Shown here: positions 31,451-41,103 of the stretch, in pieces | Layout of the letters: each line of letters begins with the position of its first letter | How positions within the stretch are numbered: position 1 is the stretch's first letter | From: Promethearchaeota archaeon | GTDB taxonomy: Archaea > Asgardarchaeota > Lokiarchaeia > Sigyniarchaeales > SOKP01 | Reading direction: 5' to 3' | Length of the DNA stretch: 64,000 bases | Assembly: GCA_019058245.1 (NCBI GenBank) | Contig: JAHPZJ010000010.1 | Location: 1-64,000 of the forward strand | Translations under genes and position numbers: made by a program | The notes under the pieces: model-generated | Seen by the model: the letters and a program-made list of their open reading frames with translations, nothing else | Database searches by the model: none | What the model was told of the DNA's origin: nothing

Positions 31451-33955
31451 ATGGATATTATAAAAGTAAGAGGAGCAAGAATACATAATTTAAAGGATAT
31501 AGATGTAGATATTCCTAAGGGAAAGATGGTCCTTATTACAGGAGTATCTGGCTCAGGAAAATCTAGCTTAGCATTCGATATAATATTTGATGAGGGGATG
31601 AATCGATATCTTCAGTCCATTGGATTCCCTCCTAAGTTTGAAGATGAAAAACCTTTTGATATGATTGAAGGTTTAAGCCCAACTGTTGCGGTTGAGCAGA
31701 GGACTACAAGAGCATTTAATCCACGATCTACAGTTGGTACCAAAACTGGGATATATGGTCTTATCCGAATGCTATATGCTACAGAAGGTATCCTAATCTG
31801 TCCAATCTGTAAAGAACCAGTAAATCAATCAACTTTGGAATGTGATTTATGTGGAATGGTGGTAGAGCGTAAGCAAATTAAGCACTTCTCGTTTAATGAA
31901 CCCTCTGGGATGTGTTTAGCATGTAAAGGTCGAGGATATGAGATGCACTTTACAGAAGAAATGATTGTTCAAGATTATAATAGGAATTTACTACAGATTA
32001 CTAAAGCAGGATCAGGATGTTTTGCTGATCAAATTAGATTCGTTGAACAACTTCCAAATTTCTTTGATTTTGACATTAAGACTCCTTATAAGGATTTACC
32101 ACAAGAAATTAAGGATTTATATATATATGGGAGTAAAGGTAAAAAGTTTAAGTTTTCGTGGGAATCAAAAACATTTCAAGGAGAATTAGAAAGAGTATTT
32201 GAAGGGATAATCCCCCATATGAAACGTGCAATTACAGAAGGTAAGAGTGCATATAGAAAAACTAAAATTACTAAAGAATATATGTCCAAGAAGAAATGCG
32301 ATGAGTGTCAAGGATTTCGAATAAATGAAGAAGCAAGGGAAATAAAAATTGCAGATAGACATATAGGTGAACTTGCAACAATGACAATTGATGAACTCAA
32401 AAATTTCTTTGACAATTTAACTGATGAAGATATTCGAAGTCCACAAGGAAGATCGATGCTCGAAAATGTTAAACAAGGTTTGAACCGAATGATTTATGTT
32501 GGATTATCTTATTTACATTTACATCGTTCATTACCTACATTAAGCGGAGGAGAATTACAAAGACTCTCCCTGATGACTCATTTAGATGGAGGATTGGATT
32601 CCTTGGTTTATATTTTAGATGAACCCAGTATGAGTTTGCATGAGAAAGAAAAAGATTCTTTGGTTCATATTTTACAACAATTAAAGGAATTAGGTAATAC
32701 TGTTATTGTTGTAGAGCATGACAAACGATTCATAGATATAGCAGATGAAATAATTGATATAGGTCCGGGTGCAGGTGTTGATGGAGGTAATATTGTTTAT
32801 CAAGGAACAATTGAAGGGATTAAAAAGATTAAGGAATCATATACAGGACAATTTCTTGCTGCAACCATCTCCTTGCTTGAAAAAGATTCTAGTATTGTTA
32901 GGAAAACTGGAGGTGGTACAAAATATCTAACACTTAAGAATGCAAATACGAACAATTTGAAAAATGTGACTATTAAATTTCCTTTAGGATTAATGGTGGG
33001 TATTGCTGGTGTATCTGGTTCTGGAAAAAGTTCTCTTATATTAGATACATTAGTTCCGTTATTAAAACCATATTTTAAAAGAGGAATAAAAAATAAGAAT
33101 AATAAAAAGGGAGAAAATGGTGAAGAAGAAGAAAATGGAGGAAATTTATTAGAGTATTCTGGACAAGTAGAAGGGTGGGAGAATATTGATGGAGTAGTTG
33201 TTGTTAATCAAAAACCCATATCACGAGTTCGTACTTCAACCCCTTGTTCCTTTATAGGGATATGGGATAAGATTAGAAACTTATTTGCAAAGACTGGTGA
33301 AGCTAAAAAACGAAAGTATACCGCGGGACATTTTTCTTATAATTCTGATCTTGGTCGTTGTCCCGCTTGTAAAGGACAGGGTGTTCAAGACCTACAAGTA
33401 TCTTTTCTTACTAGTTTTGAAATTCCATGCAAAGAGTGCAAGGGATTAAGGTACAGACCAGAAATTTTAGAAGTTAAATATAAAGGAAAATCAATATCAG
33501 ATGTACTTGAAATGACTGTTAATGAGGCAGCAGAATTGTTTAAATCGCAGGAAGGTATCTCAAAAGTACTTAAGATATTGGATGAGATTGGAATGGGTTA
33601 TATTGAGCTTGGACAACCTGCTCCAACGCTTAGCGGAGGAGAAGCACAACGAGTAAAACTGGCTAAAGAATTAGGGAAAATCAGAAAAGGATCATCTCTA
33701 TACATTTTAGATGAACCTACTGTTGGGTTATCGTTTTATGATACAATTAAATTAATGGATCTACTTGAGAAATTAGTTCAAGAGGGCAATACTATTATAA
33801 TTATTGAGCATGATCCGGAAATTCTCTCATATTGTGATTATATAATAGAGTTAGGACCTGAAGGAGGGCCAAAAGGAGGAGAAGTCATTACAGAAGGCAC
33901 TCCAATTGAAATTAAAATGAACAAAAAGTCTAAAACTGGTCCCTATCTTAATTAA
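31451..33955 (+). CDS. UvrA-family ABC ATPase (short, class II/DrrC-like)
   Basis: GARIHNLK, two GVSGSGKS, LSGGE x2, LDEP x2, Zn-finger CxxC motifs; N-terminal UvrB-binding region appears reduced. Confidence 0.9.
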   Translation: MDIIKVRGARIHNLKDIDVDIPKGKMVLITGVSGSGKSSLAFDIIFDEGMNRYLQSIGFPPKFEDEKPFDMIEGLSPTVAVEQRTTRAFNPRSTVGTKTGIYGLIRMLYATEGILICPICKEPVNQSTLECDLCGMVVERKQIKHFSFNEPSGMCLACKGRGYEMHFTEEMIVQDYNRNLLQITKAGSGCFADQIRFVEQLPNFFDFDIKTPYKDLPQEIKDLYIYGSKGKKFKFSWESKTFQGELERVFEGIIPHMKRAITEGKSAYRKTKITKEYMSKKKCDECQGFRINEEAREIKIADRHIGELATMTIDELKNFFDNLTDEDIRSPQGRSMLENVKQGLNRMIYVGLSYLHLHRSLPTLSGGELQRLSLMTHLDGGLDSLVYILDEPSMSLHEKEKDSLVHILQQLKELGNTVIVVEHDKRFIDIADEIIDIGPGAGVDGGNIVYQGTIEGIKKIKESYTGQFLAATISLLEKDSSIVRKTGGGTKYLTLKNANTNNLKNVTIKFPLGLMVGIAGVSGSGKSSLILDTLVPLLKPYFKRGIKNKNNKKGENGEEEENGGNLLEYSGQVEGWENIDGVVVVNQKPISRVRTSTPCSFIGIWDKIRNLFAKTGEAKKRKYTAGHFSYNSDLGRCPACKGQGVQDLQVSFLTSFEIPCKECKGLRYRPEILEVKYKGKSISDVLEMTVNEAAELFKSQEGISKVLKILDEIGMGYIELGQPAPTLSGGEAQRVKLAKELGKIRKGSSLYILDEPTVGLSFYDTIKLMDLLEKLVQEGNTIIIIEHDPEILSYCDYIIELGPEGGPKGGEVITEGTPIEIKMNKKSKTGPYLN

Positions 33956-33971
33956 AGATTATTTAATAGCT

Positions 33972-36900
33972 ATGGAAATAAAAATTCAAGGTGCAAAAGA
34001 AAACAACTTAAAAGATGTTAATGTAACCATCAAAGATGGACATACTGTGGTAACAGGTGTTTCTGGATCGGGGAAAACATCACTCATTTTTGATACATTA
34101 TATAAGGAAGCTAGACGTAGATTTTTAGAAGCATTTTCAGTCAGTAAAGAAGAAATAAAACTTAATCCTGCAAATGTGAGGTCAATCACTGGTCTAGGGC
34201 CTACTATCGCACTTAGTCAAAATGTGCTTAATCGAAATCCTAATTCTATTTTAGCATCGGCGATAGGTCTCATACCTTTATTAAAAATTCTATATGCTAG
34301 ATTTGGCGACAGGACATGTCATGTTTGTGGTTCTAAATTATCTGTATTAAAAGAAGATGAAATAATCGCGAAAATTGAGGGATTAAGGCATATCGAGCCC
34401 ATTACAATATCAGCTCTTTTAGTAAAAAAATCAAAAGGGAGTCATCAAACCTTAATTAGCCTTTTGAAAAAGAAATTCAGTTCTGAAACTCTCTTGGTAG
34501 ATGGAAAACCCATAATTTCAAAATTAAATCCAAAAAAACCTCATGATATTCAGATTCAAATTGGTCAAATAACAACTAGCACTGATATTAGTGAGATTAG
34601 AGATATAGTTGAAACTATCTCTTCATTAGGAGCAAATTCATTAATAATTAAGGGAAAAACATCTAATTTTCGAATTTCTCGAGTACCTGTATGTATGGAA
34701 TGCGGTACTTGGTACGGAGAGCTTGAACCAATGCATTTTAAGAAAAATTGTCCTTATTGTAAAGGAAAAGGGTGCAAGCAATGTAATCAAACAGGATATC
34801 ACCCCCTTGCATCTAATGTTACTTGGGAGGGTATGTTATTTCCCGAGATTCTAACAAAATCAGTTGGAGAACTAGTAACTTATTTCTCTAAAGAAGAACT
34901 CACAATTACAGCTAGGCTAATACAAGAAATAAAAAGGCGATTAATATCATTAAATTCTGTAGGATTAGAATATTTAGAATTAGATCGTGTTTCACCAACA
35001 TTATCTAGAGGAGAATCTCAAAGAGTTCGACTAGCTATAGCTTTATTGAGTGAACTAGAAGATATTACTCATATCCTTGATGAACCAACGATTGGTCAAC
35101 ATCCATCTGACGTCGCTCGATTACTGCCTATATTTCAGAATCTTGCTGGTCCGATAATTTATATTGAACATGATCGGCAAGCTGTTACGTATGCAGACAA
35201 TGTTATTGATATTGGTCCAGGAGCTGGAAGAGAAGGAGGTGAAATTATATTTACTGGAACTCCTGCAGAGTTATGGAAATCAGATACGTCTACAGGTAAG
35301 TTTTTTAGCTTGAGAGAACGGGTTATAATTCCCCAACATAGAGCTAAACCTCAACTTTTTTTAATAATTGAGAAAGCTTATAGGCATAATTTGAAAAATA
35401 TTAATGTTAAAATTCCCTTAAACCGACTAACAGTTATCACAGGTGTATCTGGTTCTGGAAAAAGTACATTGGTAGAAGATGTTTTATTTAGTTCATTAAA
35501 AAAAAAAGAACCAATAGGTTGTAATAAAATTACTGGGGTAAAGGTGATACCTATCATGGTAGATCAAGGACCTATAGGGAAAAATCCAAGATCAAATCCA
35601 GCTACTTACACTAAAATTGCTGATGTTATTAGAAAGCTATTTGCTAAAGCTACTGAATTTAAAGCTACGTTCTTTTCATTCAATACTCCAGAAGGCCAAT
35701 GTCCAACATGTAGTGGGATGGGTTCCCTCGAAATTAAGATGAGATACTTACCCTCTAATTGGATCACCTGTCCAGACTGTAATGGTCAGAGGTTTTCTGA
35801 AGAGATACTCGAGGAAAAAGTTCAGTTTGAAGATGATGAGTATTCTATTGCAGAATTCTATGATCTACCAATTTCAGAAGTTGAAAAAATTTTTGATAAA
35901 GAAAGAAGATTGACTGTTGGAGATCTTAATTCAGCAAGACAAATGTTGAAAGCGCTTAATGATATAGGATTAGGATATCTCTCCTTAGGGCAACCTTCTC
36001 CAACATTATCTGGGGGTGAAGCTCAGCGAATTAAATTATCAAAATATCTTGGAAAAAAAAATTTAAAAGATCATTTAATAATTCTTGATGAACCTTCAAC
36101 AGGATTACACTCTCAAGATTTAGCGGGGTTATTGACAATTTTAGATAGATTACTCCACATTGGAGCAACAATTGTGATCGTAGAACATAATATTGATATA
36201 ATTAGGGCTGCTGATTGGATTATAGACCTTGGTCAAGGTTCAGGACCAAATGGTGGTAAAGTTATGTATCAAGGTCCTTTAGATAAGTTCATGGAAACTG
36301 AAGAATCTCTTACTGCTCAAGCTTTAAAATTGGAAGAAAGTGTTACTCCATTAATCAAGAAAAAAAAGAAAATAAGAAAGAGTTCAGAACACATTATCAT
36401 TCAAAATGCTCACGTTCATAATCTTAAGAATGTAAATGTCAAAATCCCAAAAAAGAAATTTACTGTAGTCACAGGAGTTTCAGGGTCGGGGAAATCTAGC
36501 CTAATAATGGATACACTTGAAATGGAAGCAAGACGCAGAAATTTAGAAACTTTATCAATGTATGAAAGACAAAGTACCAAAGAAACTACCGAAGCGTTAG
36601 TAGAAAATATTCAAGGGTTAGGGATAACAGCATCAATAATACCAGAAAAGATTATCCATGGTTGGTTTTTAAACCTTCGAAATACCATAGGGAGGGTTAC
36701 AGATATAACACTCCATTTAGCGAATATATTTTCATATATGGGAGAATTATCGTGTCCTAAATGTAGTCAGAAAATGAAAAGAGAGGAAAAATGGTATTGT
36801 AAAAAGTGTAATATCTCATTACCTCTTGCTAAACCACGACATTTTATTTCTACAAATTATTCAGCAGCTTGCCTTAAATGTCATGGTGTTGGTTCATTTC

Positions 36901-38843
36901 AAGTTCCTAATCCTAATAAATTAATAGTGCACCCCAACAAACCTTTATGTAACGGTGCCATGTACTCTCCAGGTTTTTTTCCAAAAGGATATTTATGTAA
37001 ACCATATAATGGTGGATATTATATAGTTCAAGCTTTAGCAACTCGTTATGGTTTTGATCCTTTTTCAAAACCTTGGAATGAAATATCAAAAGAAGCAAAA
37101 GATGCATTTTTATTTGGAGATAAAGAAGTTTTAGATGTTGAATTTGAGAATAAGAAAGGTCAAATCTCTAGAAAATTAATTCAGTACCAAGGCTTTTATG
37201 GACACTGGTTAAGAGATTGGGATGTTGGAGGTACATATACAGATAATAAAACTTGTGATGAATGTAATGGTTTGAAATTACGTCCCCAATATCTTGCTAT
37301 CTCATTGGAAGGTTATAATTTACCTCAGATGTGCAATATTTCTTTGAACAAATTATATGGAATATTAAAAGAAGTAAAGATGGCAGATAATATTGCCGAT
37401 TTTGTAAAGAACAGTTATGAGATTATTTTAACACGTTTGAAATTTTTACTTAAAATTGGATTAGGTTATATTACTCTAAATCGTGTTTCTGAAAGTTTAT
37501 CTGCAGGAGAAGCTCAGAGAGTTCGGTTAGCTGGATTATTGGGTAGTGATTTGACATCTTTAACAATTTTACTTGATGAGCCCAGTAGAGGTTTATCTCC
37601 TCCAGAAATTGAAAATTTATTAGACATATTAAAAGAATTAAGGGATAACGGAAATACAGTCATAGTTATTGAACATGATCCTTTAATTATTAATAATGCT
37701 GATTATATAATAGATATGGGCCCTGGAGCGGGTGTAAATGGTGGAAAAATTGTTGCAAAAGGAACTATAGAGGATATAATAAAAGCAAAAACTATTACGG
37801 GAGACTGGATGAGTGGAAAAAAAAAATTTGAAGTATCTAAAAAACACCGAGAACCTAAAAAATGGCTAAAGATCTATGGTGCAAAAGAAAACAATTTAAA
37901 GGGGGAATTAATTGAGATTCCTCATAAATTATTAGTAGGATTATGTGGGGTTTCTGGTTCAGGAAAAAGTACTCTAATAATTGATACTTTGGGAAGAGCC
38001 TTGGTACCTATTAAGCATACAACATCAGTATCTCGAGAACCTATTGACCCGGGAGAATATGAGAAGATTGAAGGTACCTTACCTCAGACAATATTAATCG
38101 ATCAAACAAAAACTAAAATCGGAAGTCCTCTTAAATTTTTAGGATTAGAATCTCCAATAATAAAAATATTTTCTGAGACTGAAGATGCCAAAATTTTAGG
38201 TTTAGATGAAAAAAAACTAAAAAAGAGATGCTCTGTTTGTAAAGGGAGAGGTTATATCAAGATAGATATGAAATTTCTTCCCAATATTATTGAGACTTGT
38301 GAAACTTGTAATGGATCGGGGTATCAAATTGAAGCATGGCAAGTTCATTTTAAAGGAATTTCCTTGCCTGATATTAATAATTTAACTATTGAGGAAGCCT
38401 ATGAATTATTTGAAGAATATGAATCCATTTCTACTAAATTAAATTATGCTAAAAAAGTAGGACTACAATATTTACAACTAAATCAGCCTGCTCGCACTCT
38501 TTCTGGAGGTGAAGCTCAAAGACTTAAGATAGTAAAAGAATTATCTAAAAATTCTAAAAAAGAAACACTATATATCTTAGATGAACCGACTATCGGTCAA
38601 CACTTAGAAGATGTTTCTAAGCTAATTAATACTCTACATTTATTAATCGATAATGGCAATAGTGTAGTTGTTATTGAACATCATCCATATGTATTGGCTT
38701 CTTGTGATTGGCTATTAGAGTTAGGGCCAGGAGCAGGACCAGAAGGAGGCCATATAATTGCACAAGGACCACCTAGTGAAATAGCTAAATTAAACACTCC
38801 AACAGCACCATATTTAAAAGAAGTATTAGAGGGAGGAAAATGA
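33972..38843 (+). CDS. tandem-duplicated UvrA-family ATPase (four NBDs)
   Basis: Four GVSGSGK Walker A, four LS.GE.QR signatures, four LDEP motifs in 1623 aa. Confidence 0.9.
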   Translation: MEIKIQGAKENNLKDVNVTIKDGHTVVTGVSGSGKTSLIFDTLYKEARRRFLEAFSVSKEEIKLNPANVRSITGLGPTIALSQNVLNRNPNSILASAIGLIPLLKILYARFGDRTCHVCGSKLSVLKEDEIIAKIEGLRHIEPITISALLVKKSKGSHQTLISLLKKKFSSETLLVDGKPIISKLNPKKPHDIQIQIGQITTSTDISEIRDIVETISSLGANSLIIKGKTSNFRISRVPVCMECGTWYGELEPMHFKKNCPYCKGKGCKQCNQTGYHPLASNVTWEGMLFPEILTKSVGELVTYFSKEELTITARLIQEIKRRLISLNSVGLEYLELDRVSPTLSRGESQRVRLAIALLSELEDITHILDEPTIGQHPSDVARLLPIFQNLAGPIIYIEHDRQAVTYADNVIDIGPGAGREGGEIIFTGTPAELWKSDTSTGKFFSLRERVIIPQHRAKPQLFLIIEKAYRHNLKNINVKIPLNRLTVITGVSGSGKSTLVEDVLFSSLKKKEPIGCNKITGVKVIPIMVDQGPIGKNPRSNPATYTKIADVIRKLFAKATEFKATFFSFNTPEGQCPTCSGMGSLEIKMRYLPSNWITCPDCNGQRFSEEILEEKVQFEDDEYSIAEFYDLPISEVEKIFDKERRLTVGDLNSARQMLKALNDIGLGYLSLGQPSPTLSGGEAQRIKLSKYLGKKNLKDHLIILDEPSTGLHSQDLAGLLTILDRLLHIGATIVIVEHNIDIIRAADWIIDLGQGSGPNGGKVMYQGPLDKFMETEESLTAQALKLEESVTPLIKKKKKIRKSSEHIIIQNAHVHNLKNVNVKIPKKKFTVVTGVSGSGKSSLIMDTLEMEARRRNLETLSMYERQSTKETTEALVENIQGLGITASIIPEKIIHGWFLNLRNTIGRVTDITLHLANIFSYMGELSCPKCSQKMKREEKWYCKKCNISLPLAKPRHFISTNYSAACLKCHGVGSFQVPNPNKLIVHPNKPLCNGAMYSPGFFPKGYLCKPYNGGYYIVQALATRYGFDPFSKPWNEISKEAKDAFLFGDKEVLDVEFENKKGQISRKLIQYQGFYGHWLRDWDVGGTYTDNKTCDECNGLKLRPQYLAISLEGYNLPQMCNISLNKLYGILKEVKMADNIADFVKNSYEIILTRLKFLLKIGLGYITLNRVSESLSAGEAQRVRLAGLLGSDLTSLTILLDEPSRGLSPPEIENLLDILKELRDNGNTVIVIEHDPLIINNADYIIDMGPGAGVNGGKIVAKGTIEDIIKAKTITGDWMSGKKKFEVSKKHREPKKWLKIYGAKENNLKGELIEIPHKLLVGLCGVSGSGKSTLIIDTLGRALVPIKHTTSVSREPIDPGEYEKIEGTLPQTILIDQTKTKIGSPLKFLGLESPIIKIFSETEDAKILGLDEKKLKKRCSVCKGRGYIKIDMKFLPNIIETCETCNGSGYQIEAWQVHFKGISLPDINNLTIEEAYELFEEYESISTKLNYAKKVGLQYLQLNQPARTLSGGEAQRLKIVKELSKNSKKETLYILDEPTIGQHLEDVSKLINTLHLLIDNGNSVVVIEHHPYVLASCDWLLELGPGAGPEGGHIIAQGPPSEIAKLNTPTAPYLKEVLEGGK

Positions 38844-39874
38844 CCTGGATTCCACTTTTATTGACAGATCCATCATATTGTTTACGATTTTTGGTCTTAA
38901 CTGAATTGTTACACTTACCTCAAGATGATAATGAAGTCATTGAATTGTCAGAGATGCGGGAATCAGATCCACTTGTTAATGAATTATTCAAGCTCCAAAA
39001 AACTAATGGAGCATGGGATTCTTTTGGTGTAAATCGAATATCTTCAAGCGACAACCTTCAAATAACTTCTATGGCATTACAGAGATTAGGTTACTTCGGA
39101 TTTGATTCAACTCATCCAATGGTGCAGAAAGCAGCAGATTTTCTCTTTTCAAAACAGCTTGAAGATGGTTCTTGGCCAATGCCAGGCAAAAAACTACTTA
39201 CTGATGAAGAAATTGGATATCAGATGATGCCTGTTCAAACAGCAATTCCTCTTTTAGGTTTAGTTATGTGTGGATACTATACAGATCAAAGAGTTAAGAA
39301 TGCATTTGATTGGCTAATGAAACAACGTTTAGAAGACGGTGCATGGCCAGTAGGGATATCTGCAGGTAATTATGGAGGTATTGCGGGATACCGCCGTCTT
39401 GCCCATTCAAGATGGGGATGTCGATCAAATACTACAGCTGTGCTTACTTGTCTTGCTTATCATCCAAAATATAGCAAAAGTAATGAAGCTAAGAGAGCAC
39501 TTGATTTAATACTTGGAACTGATTCAAAGTTAAGAAGTAATCTTGGTTTTATAATAGCACGGCTAATTGGATTAGAAAGAAACCTTGGAAATATTACATT
39601 TATGGCAAAATTTGATATAGCCCATATATTAAATTTATGTTGGAGAGTTGGAGGAAGTAAAAATGATGAAAGGATTTCTGATTTGATCAACTTTGTAAAA
39701 TCTGAACAAGGAGAATATGGTCTATGGGATTATATAGCACATCCAAAAGCCACACGCTGGTTAACTTTTGATCTTTTATGTTCATTATCTAAATTAGAAA
39801 CTCAAGAAGACTGGATAAGTTTAGAACCACATACTCCTTTTAGAGCATATCCTAAGAAAATTAAACGGTTTTAA
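38840..39874 (+). CDS. prenyltransferase/squalene-cyclase-repeat (alpha/alpha toroid) protein
   Basis: QW-type repeats: LQKTNGAW, KQLEDGSW, QRLEDGAW, EQGEYGLW; no DxDD motif seen. Confidence 0.8.
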   Translation: MTWIPLLLTDPSYCLRFLVLTELLHLPQDDNEVIELSEMRESDPLVNELFKLQKTNGAWDSFGVNRISSSDNLQITSMALQRLGYFGFDSTHPMVQKAADFLFSKQLEDGSWPMPGKKLLTDEEIGYQMMPVQTAIPLLGLVMCGYYTDQRVKNAFDWLMKQRLEDGAWPVGISAGNYGGIAGYRRLAHSRWGCRSNTTAVLTCLAYHPKYSKSNEAKRALDLILGTDSKLRSNLGFIIARLIGLERNLGNITFMAKFDIAHILNLCWRVGGSKNDERISDLINFVKSEQGEYGLWDYIAHPKATRWLTFDLLCSLSKLETQEDWISLEPHTPFRAYPKKIKRF

Positions 39875-39891
39875 AAATTAAAAAAAAAAAA

Positions 39892-40464
39892 TTATATATA
39901 GGTATAAACAATCAATAATCCATCCTCAACTCTACCCGCTCCTTGTTCTGCATATGCATTAGCTTGGACTTTAAGTTCATAAGTTCCTGCAGTTAGACCC
40001 TTGATGATAAAATGTGTCGTTATGCTCTCAGCAACAGTAGGCCATGGGAAGTTAGAGGAGTCAGTAATGAAGAACCTTTCAGATTCTGGTATTGCAACGT
40101 TATCCCTCATTATTCTTACTCCTCCTGTAAGCCATCCTTTACCTCCAGTAGCACCATTTGAAATCTGAGCATTGAACATGACATAAACGGTTTCTCCTGC
40201 ATTCACAGTTATGGTAACATCCATATCCGTCATGTCACTATAACTACTTCCAGTATAAAAAGCCCCTGCTTGTTCAACAGTCCATATTTGAACGATTTCA
40301 GTTGGATTTTTATTATCATCTATTAATGTTTCAGTATTATCTGAAGCATTTTCAATAATTATATTCGGAAGAAAAATTACTCCATAAACTCCCATTCCAA
40401 CTCCTCCGATTGCAATTATTATAGCCAATATTGCTAGACCACTACCTTTTCCCATATTTTTCAC
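39892..40464 (-). CDS. membrane-anchored protein with beta-rich extracellular domain
   Basis: N-terminal TM helix; beta-sandwich-like tail (LTAGTYELKVQ). Confidence 0.7.
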   Translation of the reverse strand: MKNMGKGSGLAILAIIIAIGGVGMGVYGVIFLPNIIIENASDNTETLIDDNKNPTEIVQIWTVEQAGAFYTGSSYSDMTDMDVTITVNAGETVYVMFNAQISNGATGGKGWLTGGVRIMRDNVAIPESERFFITDSSNFPWPTVAESITTHFIIKGLTAGTYELKVQANAYAEQGAGRVEDGLLIVYTYI

Positions 40465-40850
40465 AAAATTTTCTGTTTTTAATAAATTTAGAATTAAATT
40501 ATATTACATTATATTTACAAAAATTTAAATGTAATTTTAAGAGATAAAAATTGTAAGAAAATGTCCAAATTTATCTCGTTAACAAATTTGAATGAATTTT
40601 ACGAGATTAAATTTGAACGGATATAATTATGAAAACATCACTCCATCATATACATTAATCTGCTTCTAATCTTAATAAAGATTTCAAGGTTTATCAAATT
40701 ATGTTTAAAGTGATAGTTTTATTTAATTTGAAAATAATAGGAGCTCGAAATGTAATGATTTTAATTGGAAAATCAAAAATTAATTTATTCGATCAAGCAT
40801 CTAAGGAGGAGGAGATATTCATACTTTGGGTATTAAAACCTAATTCAGAG

Positions 40851-40864
40851 AAAAATTTATAAAG
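40851..40864 (+). promoter_or_regulatory. putative BRE/TATA box of the leu operon
   Basis: aaaaaTTTATAAAG about 50 nt upstream of the leader ATG. Confidence 0.5.
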
Positions 40865-40914
40865 TTATAATCAATCTATTTTTATAATCATAAATTCTAA
40901 TAGGATTATAAATT

Positions 40915-41016
40915 ATGAAAGCTACTCAAAGTCTACTTATTTCTAGTAATAAAATAAGTTTGAGAGGTTTATTTCCATTAGAATTATTGAGTTTGTTATT
41001 ACTCTTATTATTATAG
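40915..41016 (+). CDS. putative leu operon leader peptide, 33 aa
   Basis: MKATQSLLISSNKISLRGLFPLELLSLLLLLLL*; 14/33 Leu, last 7 codons all Leu; AGGA SD-like motif; 87 nt upstream of leuA. Confidence 0.8.
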   Translation: MKATQSLLISSNKISLRGLFPLELLSLLLLLLL

Positions 41017-41019
41017 AGC

Positions 41020-41067
41020 GCCCTATTCCTTTCTAGAGCGTATTTTTCTTCTTGAAAGTATAAGGGC
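41020..41067 (+). promoter_or_regulatory. imperfect hairpin enclosing a T-tract after the leader peptide (candidate attenuator)
   Basis: GCCCT/AGGGC and CTTTC/GAAAG arms; tatttttcttctt inside; TAGAGCG repeated at 41014 and 41034. Confidence 0.55.
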
Positions 41068-41103
41068 TATATATTTTAAACAAAATTATAATAGGTTAAA
41101 AAC

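Noticed and set aside
31451-38843. Canonical uvrABC excision-repair locus
   Set aside because: No uvrB or uvrC in the window; atypical lengths and resistance-like context, so no gene symbol assigned
38840-39874. Squalene-hopene cyclase or sterol synthesis
   Set aside because: Single ~340-aa barrel with QW-like repeats but no DxDD/DCTAE catalytic motif
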